Assembly (NCBI GenBank): GCA_035546975.1
Contig: DASZVS010000014.1
Coordinates: 124,029-188,028 of the forward strand
DNA: 64,000 nt
Direction of reading: 5' to 3'
Source of the DNA: Candidatus Saccharimonadales bacterium
GTDB taxonomy: Bacteria; Patescibacteriota; Saccharimonadia; Saccharimonadales; UBA4665
Part shown: positions 53,999-63,587 of the stretch, one piece after another
How positions within the stretch are numbered: the first letter of the stretch is position 1
Layout of the letters: each line of letters starts with the position of its first letter
Notes under the pieces: generated by a model
Databases searched by the model: none
What the model was told of the DNA's origin: nothing
The model's input: the letters and a program-made list of their open reading frames with translations, nothing else
Made by a program: the position numbers and the translations under genes

Positions 53999-54556
53999 TT
54001 ACGGGTGGCTTTTCTGTAGTTTCTTCAGCTTTTCATAAGCCATTAAAACAGCCGCGGCATCCGTCAGTTTGCCGGCTTTAGCATTCTCTATAAGCTCGGC
54101 GATACTAATGAACCTGATCTCAACGCGCTCTCTTTCATCGAGGTGTTGGCCGGCCGCTGTCGGCGCACAGCCGAGCGCCAAAAAGTAATGCCAAGTCGCA
54201 TTCATATAGGCGTCTTTACGCGCTTGGCCGAGATATTCTATGCTTGCCGGCTTATAGCCAGTTTCCTCTTCGAGCTCGCGAAGCGCCGCTTGCTGCGGCT
54301 CTTCATCACCTTCGCCAGTTCCGCCCGGTATCTCATCCATATACATTTCTGGGCCGGGACGGAATTGCCGGGCGACAATTACTTTATTATCTTCAGTCAG
54401 CGCGATAGTACCGGCGTGAAATACGCCCTCCTTATCATACGTATCAAAGCGCTGCTGGCTGCCATCGGGCAGCCGGAACGTTTTCGTGAGAATGGTCCGG
54501 AATTGCCCTGAAACTTTCGTGGTCGGTCCGATCCGCTTCCAGATAGGCTGATTCAT
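53999..54556 (-). CDS. Nudix hydrolase
   Basis: Nudix box GGTGEGDEEPQQAALRELEEETGY. Confidence 0.85.
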   Translation of the reverse strand: MNQPIWKRIGPTTKVSGQFRTILTKTFRLPDGSQQRFDTYDKEGVFHAGTIALTEDNKVIVARQFRPGPEMYMDEIPGGTGEGDEEPQQAALRELEEETGYKPASIEYLGQARKDAYMNATWHYFLALGCAPTAAGQHLDERERVEIRFISIAELIENAKAGKLTDAAAVLMAYEKLKKLQKSHP

Positions 54557-54622
54557 TGCTATGACGATTGTAGCACGCCGCCATAAATGCCGTTGCAGCC
54601 GGGCAGATTAAGAGTATAATCA

Positions 54623-55420
54623 GTGCCAATTATGCCCGAGCACGCAGCCTGGTTTTCAGCCCAGCCGGAAGTAATTCCAGAAGATGAACTCAGCATTGAA
54701 GGCTTTCAGTCGCGGTGGGGCAATGCACTAGGATTTAGCGGTGAACTTTTTGAACGGCTCTGGAATCGTGCGGCACAGTTCTACCCCGAAACTTCTGGAC
54801 ATGATTTTTCCCATGCGGCAGAAACGGCTTGGCGCGCTAATTTAATCGTTGATTTCAGCGAGGCGAACGGCACTACGATGAACCGGAAACTTGTGACAGG
54901 TATGTCGTTTTTCCACGATGCATGCTCGCATTCCGATCCCCGGCGGGCCGGTTTCGCCACCAAGGAGGCCCGCGCCGGATTTGTTTTTTTCAAAAATGCC
55001 CCGCTTCTTGGCTTTACCTACCCGGAAGCGATTCGCGGGCAGCGCGGCATCGAAACTACGAACCCGTATGTGCGTCCATCGAGAAACGAAGATGTAGCTT
55101 TAAATTTGGCCGACTTATATAACGTCGGTGCAAATTATGAACGGGTCATGGTACCGCGGACTGAAGAGTTTGCCGAAGAGGCAGCCGAGCGCTACGGCGA
55201 TAAATTTGATTTTGCACGATTTACCGCCGATAGCATCCGGCTAGTGCTTAATCTCACGAGCCTTGACCGGCTCAGCGGGCCGTTTCAGATCCCCGAATGG
55301 CAAGCCCTGGTAGATACGAACCTGCGTTCCTGGGCCGCAAATGCCGCGGAGGCTGCAGGCACTTCTTTTCAAAATTATGTGCGAGGCTTGGGAGGCGTAG
55401 CCGCCGCCCGGCTTTTATAA
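54623..55420 (+). CDS. hypothetical protein, possible HD-domain-like
   Basis: SHAAETAW and, about 40 residues later, FFHDACSH resemble the H...HD pattern. TATAAT lies at 54615-54620, so the ATG at 54632 is a more likely start than the GTG at 54623. Confidence 0.4.
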   Translation: MPIMPEHAAWFSAQPEVIPEDELSIEGFQSRWGNALGFSGELFERLWNRAAQFYPETSGHDFSHAAETAWRANLIVDFSEANGTTMNRKLVTGMSFFHDACSHSDPRRAGFATKEARAGFVFFKNAPLLGFTYPEAIRGQRGIETTNPYVRPSRNEDVALNLADLYNVGANYERVMVPRTEEFAEEAAERYGDKFDFARFTADSIRLVLNLTSLDRLSGPFQIPEWQALVDTNLRSWAANAAEAAGTSFQNYVRGLGGVAAARLL

Positions 55421-56869
55421 ACCGAGTTGTTTTTTAATAAGATCTTGGGCAAGGCTCGGATTGGCTTTGCCTTTGGATGCTTTCATAACCTGGCCGACTA
55501 AGAAGCCGATTGCCTTCATTTCGCCGTTTTTTACATCTTCGGCAGCTTTTTGATTCTCATTAAGTACTTGTTCGACAATCTTGGCGATTTCCCCTTCATC
55601 TGAGACTTGAAGAAGGTTTTTTGCTTCAGCGATTTTTTCGGGATCGCCGCCTGTTTTAAGCATCTCTCCCAATACTTGCTTTGCCGCTGTTGAGCTTAAT
55701 TTATTATCCGACACCATCTGCGACAGCTTGATTAATTTTTCGTCACTGGGCTTTAAATCGTTTCCAATGTTTACCTCAAGGTTTTCCGGCTCTTCGGTTT
55801 GCGGCTGCATCATCCAAAAAGCAACCCGTCGTGCATGTTCAGGATTACTCGCATCTAGAACACGTGATACCAGTCTCGCAGTTTCTGGCACAGCTATAAT
55901 GTCCTCGATGACCTTGGCTTCGATACCTATCTCTCCAAATTCTTGCCGATAATCACTAGGTAGTTTCGGTATTTCGCCCTTGATCTTTTCGATGTATTCG
56001 TCGTCGAGCACGATCGGCGGCAAATCAGGATCGGGCATGTAGCGGTAATCGTCGGCGTTTTCCTTAGTCCGCTGGGTGAACGTCTTTTGTTTGGCATCAT
56101 CCCAACCGCGCGTTTCCTGGACGATCTTTCCGCCTTTTTCCAGGAGTTCAATCTGGCGGTCGATCTCATATTCAATGGTTTTTTCAACCGCGCGGAAGCT
56201 ATTGAGGTTTTTCGTTTCGGTGCGCGTACCGAGTTCATCCGTTTTGCTGACGCTAACATTCACGTCAAAGCGCATATTGCCGTAATACAAATTGGCATCG
56301 GACACATCGGCGTACCGCATGCGCAGGTACAACTCATGGGCATACGCTTTTGCCTCGGCGGCGGAATGCATATCTGGCTCGCTAACGATTTCAAGCAGCG
56401 GCGTGCCGGCCCGGTTTAAATCGACTAGGCTATAATCTTCGCCCGGGTGATGAACGCTTTTGCCCGCATCGGCTTCCATATGGGCGCGCGTAATGCCGAT
56501 AGTTTTTTTCTCGCCTTCAACTTCTATCTCCACGCTGCCGCCCAGAATGATCGGCTCATCGTACTGCGTAATCTGGTAACCCATTGGCAAATCAGGGTAA
56601 AAGTAGTGCTTGCGGTCAAATTTACTAAACTTTTGTGGCTTGGATCCAAGCGCAAAAGCAGCGCGGGAGGCTAGATGTATCGCTTCCTTATTCAGGACCG
56701 GAAGCGCGCCGGGCAGACCGAAATCAATATGATTCACGAGCGTATTCGGCGGCGCTTCGCGGGCATCATTATCGACAGCGGAAAAAAGCTTGGTCTTCGT
56801 TTTGAGCTGCACGTGGCATTCAATACCAATGGTGGCCGTGTATTGAGACCGCGTTTCTTCGCCGATCAC
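55415..56869 (-). CDS. gatB: Asp/Glu-tRNA amidotransferase subunit B
   Basis: IGIECHVQL, GLPGALPVLN and a YqeY-like C-terminal domain. The GTG start overlaps the upstream stop (GTGA). Confidence 0.94.
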   Translation of the reverse strand: MIGEETRSQYTATIGIECHVQLKTKTKLFSAVDNDAREAPPNTLVNHIDFGLPGALPVLNKEAIHLASRAAFALGSKPQKFSKFDRKHYFYPDLPMGYQITQYDEPIILGGSVEIEVEGEKKTIGITRAHMEADAGKSVHHPGEDYSLVDLNRAGTPLLEIVSEPDMHSAAEAKAYAHELYLRMRYADVSDANLYYGNMRFDVNVSVSKTDELGTRTETKNLNSFRAVEKTIEYEIDRQIELLEKGGKIVQETRGWDDAKQKTFTQRTKENADDYRYMPDPDLPPIVLDDEYIEKIKGEIPKLPSDYRQEFGEIGIEAKVIEDIIAVPETARLVSRVLDASNPEHARRVAFWMMQPQTEEPENLEVNIGNDLKPSDEKLIKLSQMVSDNKLSSTAAKQVLGEMLKTGGDPEKIAEAKNLLQVSDEGEIAKIVEQVLNENQKAAEDVKNGEMKAIGFLVGQVMKASKGKANPSLAQDLIKKQLGL

Positions 56870-57225
56870 TGTTCTAATGCCCCCAGGTCGCGCAATGCTT
56901 GCCGGAAACCAGCCAGCGCCGTTACGATATCTCTTTTCTTCAGCGTGCGGACATCGATATCCTCTTCGGACATTTTCTTGCGTAATTTGTGGCCGACCCA
57001 GACAGATTCGTTGTCTGTAAGGTGGTGCTGGGCAGCTACTAGGCGTTCGCCTGTAGTCTTGCCTTTGAAGCCGGCGCGCTTAAGCGCGTCGCACAAGAGA
57101 TCATCTGCCTCGATAATGGCGTGCGGCCAGGTTTTGCGGCTGGCACAATGCTTCTGCAAATCCTTCCAGCGGGCGGTATATGCATCAACCTTCATTTTGC
57201 GCTTGCGGCGTGGCAAAAATTTCAT
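56866..57225 (-). CDS. hypothetical helical protein encoded between gatA and gatB
   Basis: The ATG at 57225-57223 overlaps the gatA stop (ATGA), and its stop overlaps the gatB GTG start (GTGA). 119 aa from this start. The ORF-track start is at 57246. Confidence 0.6.
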   Translation of the reverse strand: MKFLPRRKRKMKVDAYTARWKDLQKHCASRKTWPHAIIEADDLLCDALKRAGFKGKTTGERLVAAQHHLTDNESVWVGHKLRKKMSEEDIDVRTLKKRDIVTALAGFRQALRDLGALEQ

Positions 57226-58652
57226 GCCAGTACCTCCTCGGCGCATTGAGCCAATGCCAAAAGCTCCCGGTCTTTCCGCTGCGGCGCCATTAGCTGAACA
57301 CCTACGGGCAGGCCGTCGACATCACCAGCCGGCAGGCTAATTGCTGCATTGCCGATTAAATTTACCGCCACGGTCATAATATCGCTCAGATACATCTTGA
57401 GCGGGTCATTTACATTTTCGCCTATCTTAAAGGCGACTGTCGGTGCAACCGGTCCGATTAAGAAATCGACCTGTTCAAAAGCTTTTTGGGATTCTTCGAT
57501 CAGCTTAGTCCGCACGGTCTGGGCACGCTTGTAATAGGCGTCGTAATAACCGCTGCTCAGCACATAGGTGCCGATCATGATACGGCGCTTGGCTTCTTTG
57601 CCGAAGCCGCGGCCGCGGGAGCCCATGTAACTTTCATCGAGATCTTTGGCCTCTTTGTAGCTATAACCATACCGCTGGCCGTCATAACGGCTTAAGTTAC
57701 TGCTGACTTCGGCCGGGCAAAGAATGTAATAAACGGCCAGTGCCATATCGAGCGATGGCATGCTAATTTCGGTTATTTCAGCGCCGCCAGCCTCGAGCTT
57801 TTTTACGGTTGCATTGATAATTTTCAGGATTTCCGGATCCAGGCCTTCGCCCATATGCTCGCGGATAACGCCGATTTTCTTGCCTTTTAAGGAGCCGCTC
57901 GGCTCAACATAACCTTCGGGGTCGCGGTCGATCGTGGTGCTATCAAGTTCGTCTTTGCCGGCCATAACATCCAGCACCAGCGCCGCGTCTTCGACCGTCC
58001 TCGCGAGCGGGCCGATCACATCCAAACTTGAACCCATTGCCACCACACCGCTGCGCGAAACTAAGCCATACGTCGGTTTATAGCCGACGCAGCCCGTAAA
58101 GCTTGCCGGTTGGCGGATTGAGCCGCCCGTATCGGTGCCAAGCGCAAACGGAGCCATATCGAGCACGACGGCTGCGGCCGATCCGCCGGAACTGCCGCCC
58201 GGCACACGGGTTTTATCGTGCGGGTTCTTGGTGGTAAAGAAATCGCTGTTTTCGGTGGAAGTTCCATGCGCGAAAGCATCGAGGTTTGCCTTGGCCACGC
58301 AAATTGCCCCCTCCGCCTCGAGCTTTTCGATAGCTGTCGCCTGGTACGGAGCCTCAAAGCCGCGCAAAATATTGCTGGCTGCCGTCGTTTCAGCGCCGAA
58401 AACCAGAAAGTTATCTTTGGCTATAAACGGAACGCCGGCGAGCCGGCCTACTTTTTCGCCTTTCGCCACGAGATCATCGATTTCCCGGGCCCGCTTGCGA
58501 GCGCGCTCTTCGGTTGTAGCGATAATCGCGTCGTATTCTTTTTTATCGGCGATCGTTTTGAGCGATTGTTCAACCAGGTCAATAGCCTTGGTATTACCAG
58601 CTTGCACACTGGCAGCGAGCTCCGTGACCGGCAACCACTGCGACGCAGCCAT
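57222..58652 (-). CDS. gatA: Glu-tRNA(Gln) amidotransferase subunit A
   Basis: Amidase signature GGSSGGSAAAV, 476 aa. The start overlaps the gatC stop (TAATG). Confidence 0.95.
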   Translation of the reverse strand: MAASQWLPVTELAASVQAGNTKAIDLVEQSLKTIADKKEYDAIIATTEERARKRAREIDDLVAKGEKVGRLAGVPFIAKDNFLVFGAETTAASNILRGFEAPYQATAIEKLEAEGAICVAKANLDAFAHGTSTENSDFFTTKNPHDKTRVPGGSSGGSAAAVVLDMAPFALGTDTGGSIRQPASFTGCVGYKPTYGLVSRSGVVAMGSSLDVIGPLARTVEDAALVLDVMAGKDELDSTTIDRDPEGYVEPSGSLKGKKIGVIREHMGEGLDPEILKIINATVKKLEAGGAEITEISMPSLDMALAVYYILCPAEVSSNLSRYDGQRYGYSYKEAKDLDESYMGSRGRGFGKEAKRRIMIGTYVLSSGYYDAYYKRAQTVRTKLIEESQKAFEQVDFLIGPVAPTVAFKIGENVNDPLKMYLSDIMTVAVNLIGNAAISLPAGDVDGLPVGVQLMAPQRKDRELLALAQCAEEVLA

Positions 58653-58945
58653 TATCCGATCATCCGTTTCACTTTTATCTGGTTATCTTTAACTGCCGGC
58701 ACATTTTCCAGCAATTTCTCGGCTTTGTAGCCATAATCTTTAGTCTCATCGGAACGGGTTACATTTGTAAGCCCGGTGACTTGGTTAGTCGGCTCGAGCC
58801 CACCGATGTCAACTGATTGCAGCTGCTCGACGTATTGCAAAATCTCAGATAATTCGCCCTGAAACTCTTCAATTTCTTCATCACTAAGTTCAAGGCGCGC
58901 TAATCGAGCCAATTTTAAGACATCTTCCCGGGTCAGTTTTGCCAT
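58652..58945 (-). CDS. gatC: Asp/Glu-tRNA amidotransferase subunit C
   Basis: MAKLTREDVLKLARLARLELSDEE is a typical GatC start. GGGAGGA SD before the ATG at 58945. Confidence 0.88.
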   Translation of the reverse strand: MAKLTREDVLKLARLARLELSDEEIEEFQGELSEILQYVEQLQSVDIGGLEPTNQVTGLTNVTRSDETKDYGYKAEKLLENVPAVKDNQIKVKRMIG

Positions 58946-59008
58946 GATTCCTCCCATTGTACCAAAGTTACGTACAATAAATGAAGCGTGTTTTTCCTCT
59001 GTTGGTAT

Positions 59009-59650
59009 TTAGATTTTCCAAGGGAGGTTTGCGACGTCGTCAAGCAAAACGCGCATCTCCAAAGATGTATCTCGTATAAAGGCGTAATTAAAATGAGGAT
59101 CGAATTGCTCGCGGTAAGTTGGGTCTTCCTGCTTGTCGCTGCTACTTCCCTGGGCGACATAACAAAGCCCCTCCACCACTGGATAATTAAAGCGCGGTGT
59201 ACGGCCGCTGCCGCGGATACCCATATCGCCGAGCCACGCCAGGGCGTGCCGTACGACCGTTAGCGTATTGAGCTCGGAGCCATTACGGGGATATAAAACT
59301 ATGCGCGGAAGGTTGTCATATTGTTCATCCGTACCGCCGAACCATACTTTTGCCTCGTGCAATGACTCTCTAAATAAAGAATGTCCGCGGGCCCGGCGAA
59401 CAGCAGCCGTAAAAGCTGGGATAAGCTGGTCGTCTTCCGGATTAAGATGCACCTTGAAATCCGAAGGCTGATCTTCATAGCCGCCTATCGCTGCCAAACG
59501 GGAGCTCTCCGAAGCGCCCACCTGGTGGTCGGATGCGGTAAAGTAAGCCATGTAAGCACCTTGGCCCCTGGCCAGCGCGATGCCGTCTTGCTGCGCTGCG
59601 CCCAGAAGAGCACTGAATTGCTCGCGGTTTGACCCTATTTCTTGTGTCAT
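59009..59650 (-). CDS. hypothetical protein
   Basis: The ATG at 59650 (MTQEIGSN) is preferred over the ORF-track start at 59686. No firm motif. Confidence 0.5.
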   Translation of the reverse strand: MTQEIGSNREQFSALLGAAQQDGIALARGQGAYMAYFTASDHQVGASESSRLAAIGGYEDQPSDFKVHLNPEDDQLIPAFTAAVRRARGHSLFRESLHEAKVWFGGTDEQYDNLPRIVLYPRNGSELNTLTVVRHALAWLGDMGIRGSGRTPRFNYPVVEGLCYVAQGSSSDKQEDPTYREQFDPHFNYAFIRDTSLEMRVLLDDVANLPWKI

Positions 59651-59770
59651 AAAATTTATTATAAAACTAAAACTTAGATATAGCAATTTAGCGGCGCGCG
59701 TATCCCCTTTACAAACCCTAACCAGAAGCAGTACGATGTATGTAAGAAATCTTACAATAGAGATATATCA

Positions 59771-60907
59771 ATGGAAGCTGCACGAGCCCAACTTGCCGGA
59801 ACCCCGCCCGATATGGCGAATGCGCTGGCCGCCGCTAGCCAGCCGCAATTGTCCGCAGTCCCTTCTCCTGACGAGAAGGGATTTTTTTATGAAGATAGCC
59901 CGAATATCTTCGGGCGCGTGAGCCGGACCATCGCGCACGTAGCGAATATAGCAATCAACCAACCGCACTTGAATAGCCCGGCAATGCCGGAAGGCGTCGT
60001 CGTAACTGATGGCCGTGGCGCAGTCAAGATAAGCACGAGGTTTCTCGTAACCGAACCCCGCCCGGAAACCGGCATAGACCCTAAAACGGCATCAAACGAC
60101 GTTTTACACCCCGGGCTCTCAGAATTCGGGGACTTCGGCAGCGCTCTCCGCTTGCATGTAGCACACGCCGAGCGGCACCCGGAGCGACGGGTCATCACCA
60201 ACCCTACGGCGGGGGTCAGCCACGGTGGCAAACTGCTATCGGGCAGAGAGCTTATGGGCCGGTGCCCCGAGAAGACCGCCCGATTCAACCTGCGGCTACT
60301 GCGCCATGTGACTCAAGATGGCCCGATCCGCCTTATGGGCGTCTCGCTCGGTTCGTACATCGCCACGCACATGGCCGAGCAAAATGTAGGCGCCGACGAA
60401 GCAAAACAGCTCAACATTGAAGGCTTGGCATTGATTGCTTCGGCTGTGGTTGCGCTTCATGTCGATGATCATGAAAATTTCCGCGACCCGGATATAGACG
60501 AACACCAACACCGCGCGTACTTAACGAAAAGTTTCCTCATGCATATTCCCTGGGATTTGGCGCGGATGACACGCAAGCACCCCCTCGATACTTCAGCCTG
60601 CGTACCAATCATCGCGGCATATGCCTCCGCCCCGCATAAATTACGGCCGCGCCTCCAAGCAATCCATGCTGATTTCAAGAGCGTGCAAAACGGCGCCGAA
60701 TGGAGCATGCTCAAACACATCGCGCCTGAGCTTACAATCGGCATTTTAGGCGGCGAATTTGACCCGCTTATTGTTGAGCAAATACCGCAGTGGGACGCAC
60801 TTGGATCACTGTATCCGGGCCAGGTCACGCAACGTATTCTGCCGGATTTTGGGCATCTTATGACTATCGACGCCAGGCGCTCCGCCGCCGAACTAGATAA
60901 GATATAG
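59771..60907 (+). CDS. alpha/beta-hydrolase fold protein
   Basis: 378 aa. GxSxG nucleophile elbow (LMGVSLGSY) and a late FGHLM, consistent with a catalytic His. Confidence 0.55.
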   Translation: MEAARAQLAGTPPDMANALAAASQPQLSAVPSPDEKGFFYEDSPNIFGRVSRTIAHVANIAINQPHLNSPAMPEGVVVTDGRGAVKISTRFLVTEPRPETGIDPKTASNDVLHPGLSEFGDFGSALRLHVAHAERHPERRVITNPTAGVSHGGKLLSGRELMGRCPEKTARFNLRLLRHVTQDGPIRLMGVSLGSYIATHMAEQNVGADEAKQLNIEGLALIASAVVALHVDDHENFRDPDIDEHQHRAYLTKSFLMHIPWDLARMTRKHPLDTSACVPIIAAYASAPHKLRPRLQAIHADFKSVQNGAEWSMLKHIAPELTIGILGGEFDPLIVEQIPQWDALGSLYPGQVTQRILPDFGHLMTIDARRSAAELDKI

Positions 60908-60913
60908 GGTCGT

Positions 60914-62881
60914 TTATACTTTTTGCTTAATCTCGTCGATGAGGTCGCGGAGCTCGGCGGCAGTCTCGAACTGCAGATTAGCGGCCGCGAGGTCCATTTG
61001 CGATGTAAGGTCTTTAATGAGCGAACCGTACTCGTCTTTTGGAATTTTCTTAAGATCAAGCTTAGCTCGCTTGGCTTCCTCGGGCATATCAGGGCGCAAA
61101 CCTTTATCTACGGCGCGTTTGATTCCCGTCGGCGTAATACCATGCTTCTTGTTGTATGCTTCCTGAATTTCGCGGCGGCGCGCCGTTTCATCCATAGTTT
61201 TTTGCATGCTGTCGGTTACATGGTCAGCGTACATAATTACGTGCCCCTCTTCGTGGCGCGCCGCCCGTCCTACGGTCTGAATAAGCGCTTGCTCGCTGCG
61301 CAAAAAACCTTCCTTGTCTGCGTCTAAAATCGCCACTAGCGACACCTCGGGCAGGTCAAGGCCTTCGCGCAACAGATTAATACCGACAAGAACGTCATAT
61401 GTTCCTAGCCGTAAGTCCCGCAAAATGTCGCTGCGCTCCAAAGTATCTATATCGCTATGCAAATATGCTACTTTGATATTAATTTCCTGCAAATATTCGG
61501 CCAGGTCTTCGGACATACGCTTTGTTAACGTAGTTACAAGCACGCGCTGGCGTTTATCGATTGTGGCGCGGATTTCAGCAATAAGATCATCGATCTGACC
61601 TTCGATCGGGCGAACTTCAATAGGCGGGTCAAGCAAACCGGTCGGCCGGATTACCTGCTGGGCTGGCTCCGGCGAACGCGACAATTCGTACTCTGCCGGC
61701 GTAGCACTGACGTAAATCGCCTGGTTAACGTGGCGCTCAAATTCAGTAAAAGTGAGCGGCCGGTTATCGAGCGCGCTCGGTAGCCGGAAACCGTGCTCCA
61801 CAAGCACTTCCTTGCGGGCCCGGTCGCCGTTGTACATGCCCCGCACCTGGGGAATCGTCATATGCGACTCATCGATGAACATCAGGTAGTCATCAGGGAA
61901 ATAATCAAGCAAGGTAGCAGGTTGTTCGCCCGGTTCGCGGTTCGTCAAATACCGGCTATAGTTCTCAATGCCTTTTACGAAACCGGTTTCCTCGAGCATC
62001 TCAAGGTCAAATCGCGTCCGCTGTTCCAGCCGCTGGGCCTCCAACAGCTGTCCATTTTTTTTAAAAAGGTTGAGGCGCTGGTCGAGCTCGTGTTCGATAT
62101 GACCGAGAGCAACTTTGAGCTTTTCCTGCGGGGTTACATAGTGGCTCCCAGGGAAAATCTTGTATTCCTGGAGTTCTGCCAAAATCTCGCCCGTTAGCGG
62201 GTCAATCTTGGTGATACGCTCAACTTCGTCACCGAAAAATTCTACGCGATACGCTAACTCTTCGCCGGCCGGGAAGACGTCCACTACGTCGCCGCGCACC
62301 CGGAAGGTACTCCGGTGAAAGTCTATATCGTTGCGTTGGTATTGGATATCCGTTAATTGCCGCAAAAACTTATCACGGACACGCCGCTCGCCAACTTTCA
62401 CGTCGATGGAGAGGCCATTGTAGTCCTCGACTGAACCAATGCCGTAAATACAGCTAACACTGGCCACGATAATGACGTCCTTGCGGCTCAACAATGCATC
62501 GGTAGCGGCGTGGCGCAGCCGGTCAATTTCTTCGTTGATGGCACTATCTTTTTCAATATAGGTATCCGAACGCGGGATATATGCCTCGGGTTGGTAGTAA
62601 TCGAAATAGCTGACGAAATAATGAACCGCGTTATCCGGGAAAAAATTCCTGAATTCGCTGTAGAGCTGAGCTGCCAAGGTCTTATTGTGGCTGAGTATCA
62701 GCGTAGGGCGCTGCAAATCCTGGATGACGTTCGCCATAGTGAACGTTTTGCCGGATCCGGTCACGCCAAGCAAGGTCTGGTTCTGTAAACCATCTTTAAC
62801 CCCCGCACTGAGCTGCGCTATCGCCGAGGGTTGGTCGCCCATCGGCCCGAAATCGCTATGTAGCTTAAACTTAGCCATCAT
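60914..62881 (-). CDS. uvrB: excinuclease ABC subunit B
   Basis: [10 protein letters not shown] Walker A, DESH, a beta-hairpin region and a C-terminal UVR domain ([11 protein letters not shown]). Confidence 0.96.
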   Translation of the reverse strand: MMAKFKLHSDFGPMGDQPSAIAQLSAGVKDGLQNQTLLGVTGSGKTFTMANVIQDLQRPTLILSHNKTLAAQLYSEFRNFFPDNAVHYFVSYFDYYQPEAYIPRSDTYIEKDSAINEEIDRLRHAATDALLSRKDVIIVASVSCIYGIGSVEDYNGLSIDVKVGERRVRDKFLRQLTDIQYQRNDIDFHRSTFRVRGDVVDVFPAGEELAYRVEFFGDEVERITKIDPLTGEILAELQEYKIFPGSHYVTPQEKLKVALGHIEHELDQRLNLFKKNGQLLEAQRLEQRTRFDLEMLEETGFVKGIENYSRYLTNREPGEQPATLLDYFPDDYLMFIDESHMTIPQVRGMYNGDRARKEVLVEHGFRLPSALDNRPLTFTEFERHVNQAIYVSATPAEYELSRSPEPAQQVIRPTGLLDPPIEVRPIEGQIDDLIAEIRATIDKRQRVLVTTLTKRMSEDLAEYLQEINIKVAYLHSDIDTLERSDILRDLRLGTYDVLVGINLLREGLDLPEVSLVAILDADKEGFLRSEQALIQTVGRAARHEEGHVIMYADHVTDSMQKTMDETARRREIQEAYNKKHGITPTGIKRAVDKGLRPDMPEEAKRAKLDLKKIPKDEYGSLIKDLTSQMDLAAANLQFETAAELRDLIDEIKQKV

Positions 62882-62938
62882 TTTATTGTACCAAGCTTAG
62901 GCCGAATGGGTGCAGATTGCGCTGCTAAAACGGTATAG

Positions 62939-63520
62939 CTAGCTCTTGACTGCTTTCAGCTTCGGCACGAGAGCCTTAACTGCATTATTAGTCTGTTGCT
63001 GCAGGCTACTTGTTGTATTGGGGTTGTCGCCGCAGGCGCCCTGGTCGTGGACAAAGAAGTAATAGTAATCGCCGACGTGGGCATAGGTGCCTTTGGCAAG
63101 CGTGCCGGCATATTGCGCTACCGTTTTGCCGTCGCCTCCGAGATTGGTGGCGTCAGCATCGCTGGCATAGCGGGCAATCGCTCCGCCGCGGCCGATGCAA
63201 TCCGTGCTCGCATTGGTCAGCTGTGTTGAGGAAAATGCAGCGCTATTTGTATCTGTGCCCTGCCCGATTGCATAAGAAAGCGTTAACGGGCCGTTATACG
63301 GCGCTTCTACGCCCCATTCCTTAAGAACGACCGTGTTAGTATTGTCCGTTGCCTGTTTTCCCGACGAACTTTGGGCGGTCTGAGAGGCAGATGAGTATGT
63401 TTTGTTGGTCTCGTGCTGGCTATGCCACACATAATAGCCGATGAAGCCTATGAGCAGCAAAATGATAATTATAAGCAGGGCTTCTACGGCCGAGAAACCT
63501 TTTTGGTTTAGTTTTCGCAT
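62939..63520 (-). CDS. type IV pilin (prepilin with class III signal peptide)
   Basis: MRKLNQKG|FSAVEALLIIIILLLIGF: Gly(-1), Phe(+1), Glu(+5) and a hydrophobic alpha-1 helix. Two Cys residues in the C-terminal half. The ATG at 63520 is preferred over the ORF-track start at 63577. Confidence 0.8.
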   Translation of the reverse strand: MRKLNQKGFSAVEALLIIIILLLIGFIGYYVWHSQHETNKTYSSASQTAQSSSGKQATDNTNTVVLKEWGVEAPYNGPLTLSYAIGQGTDTNSAAFSSTQLTNASTDCIGRGGAIARYASDADATNLGGDGKTVAQYAGTLAKGTYAHVGDYYYFFVHDQGACGDNPNTTSSLQQQTNNAVKALVPKLKAVKS

Positions 63521-63587
63521 GGTTGTAATCCTTTTTATTTTTGCAGGAGTGCAATAAGATTGTACCGCTCGCAACAAAGGCGGTCAA

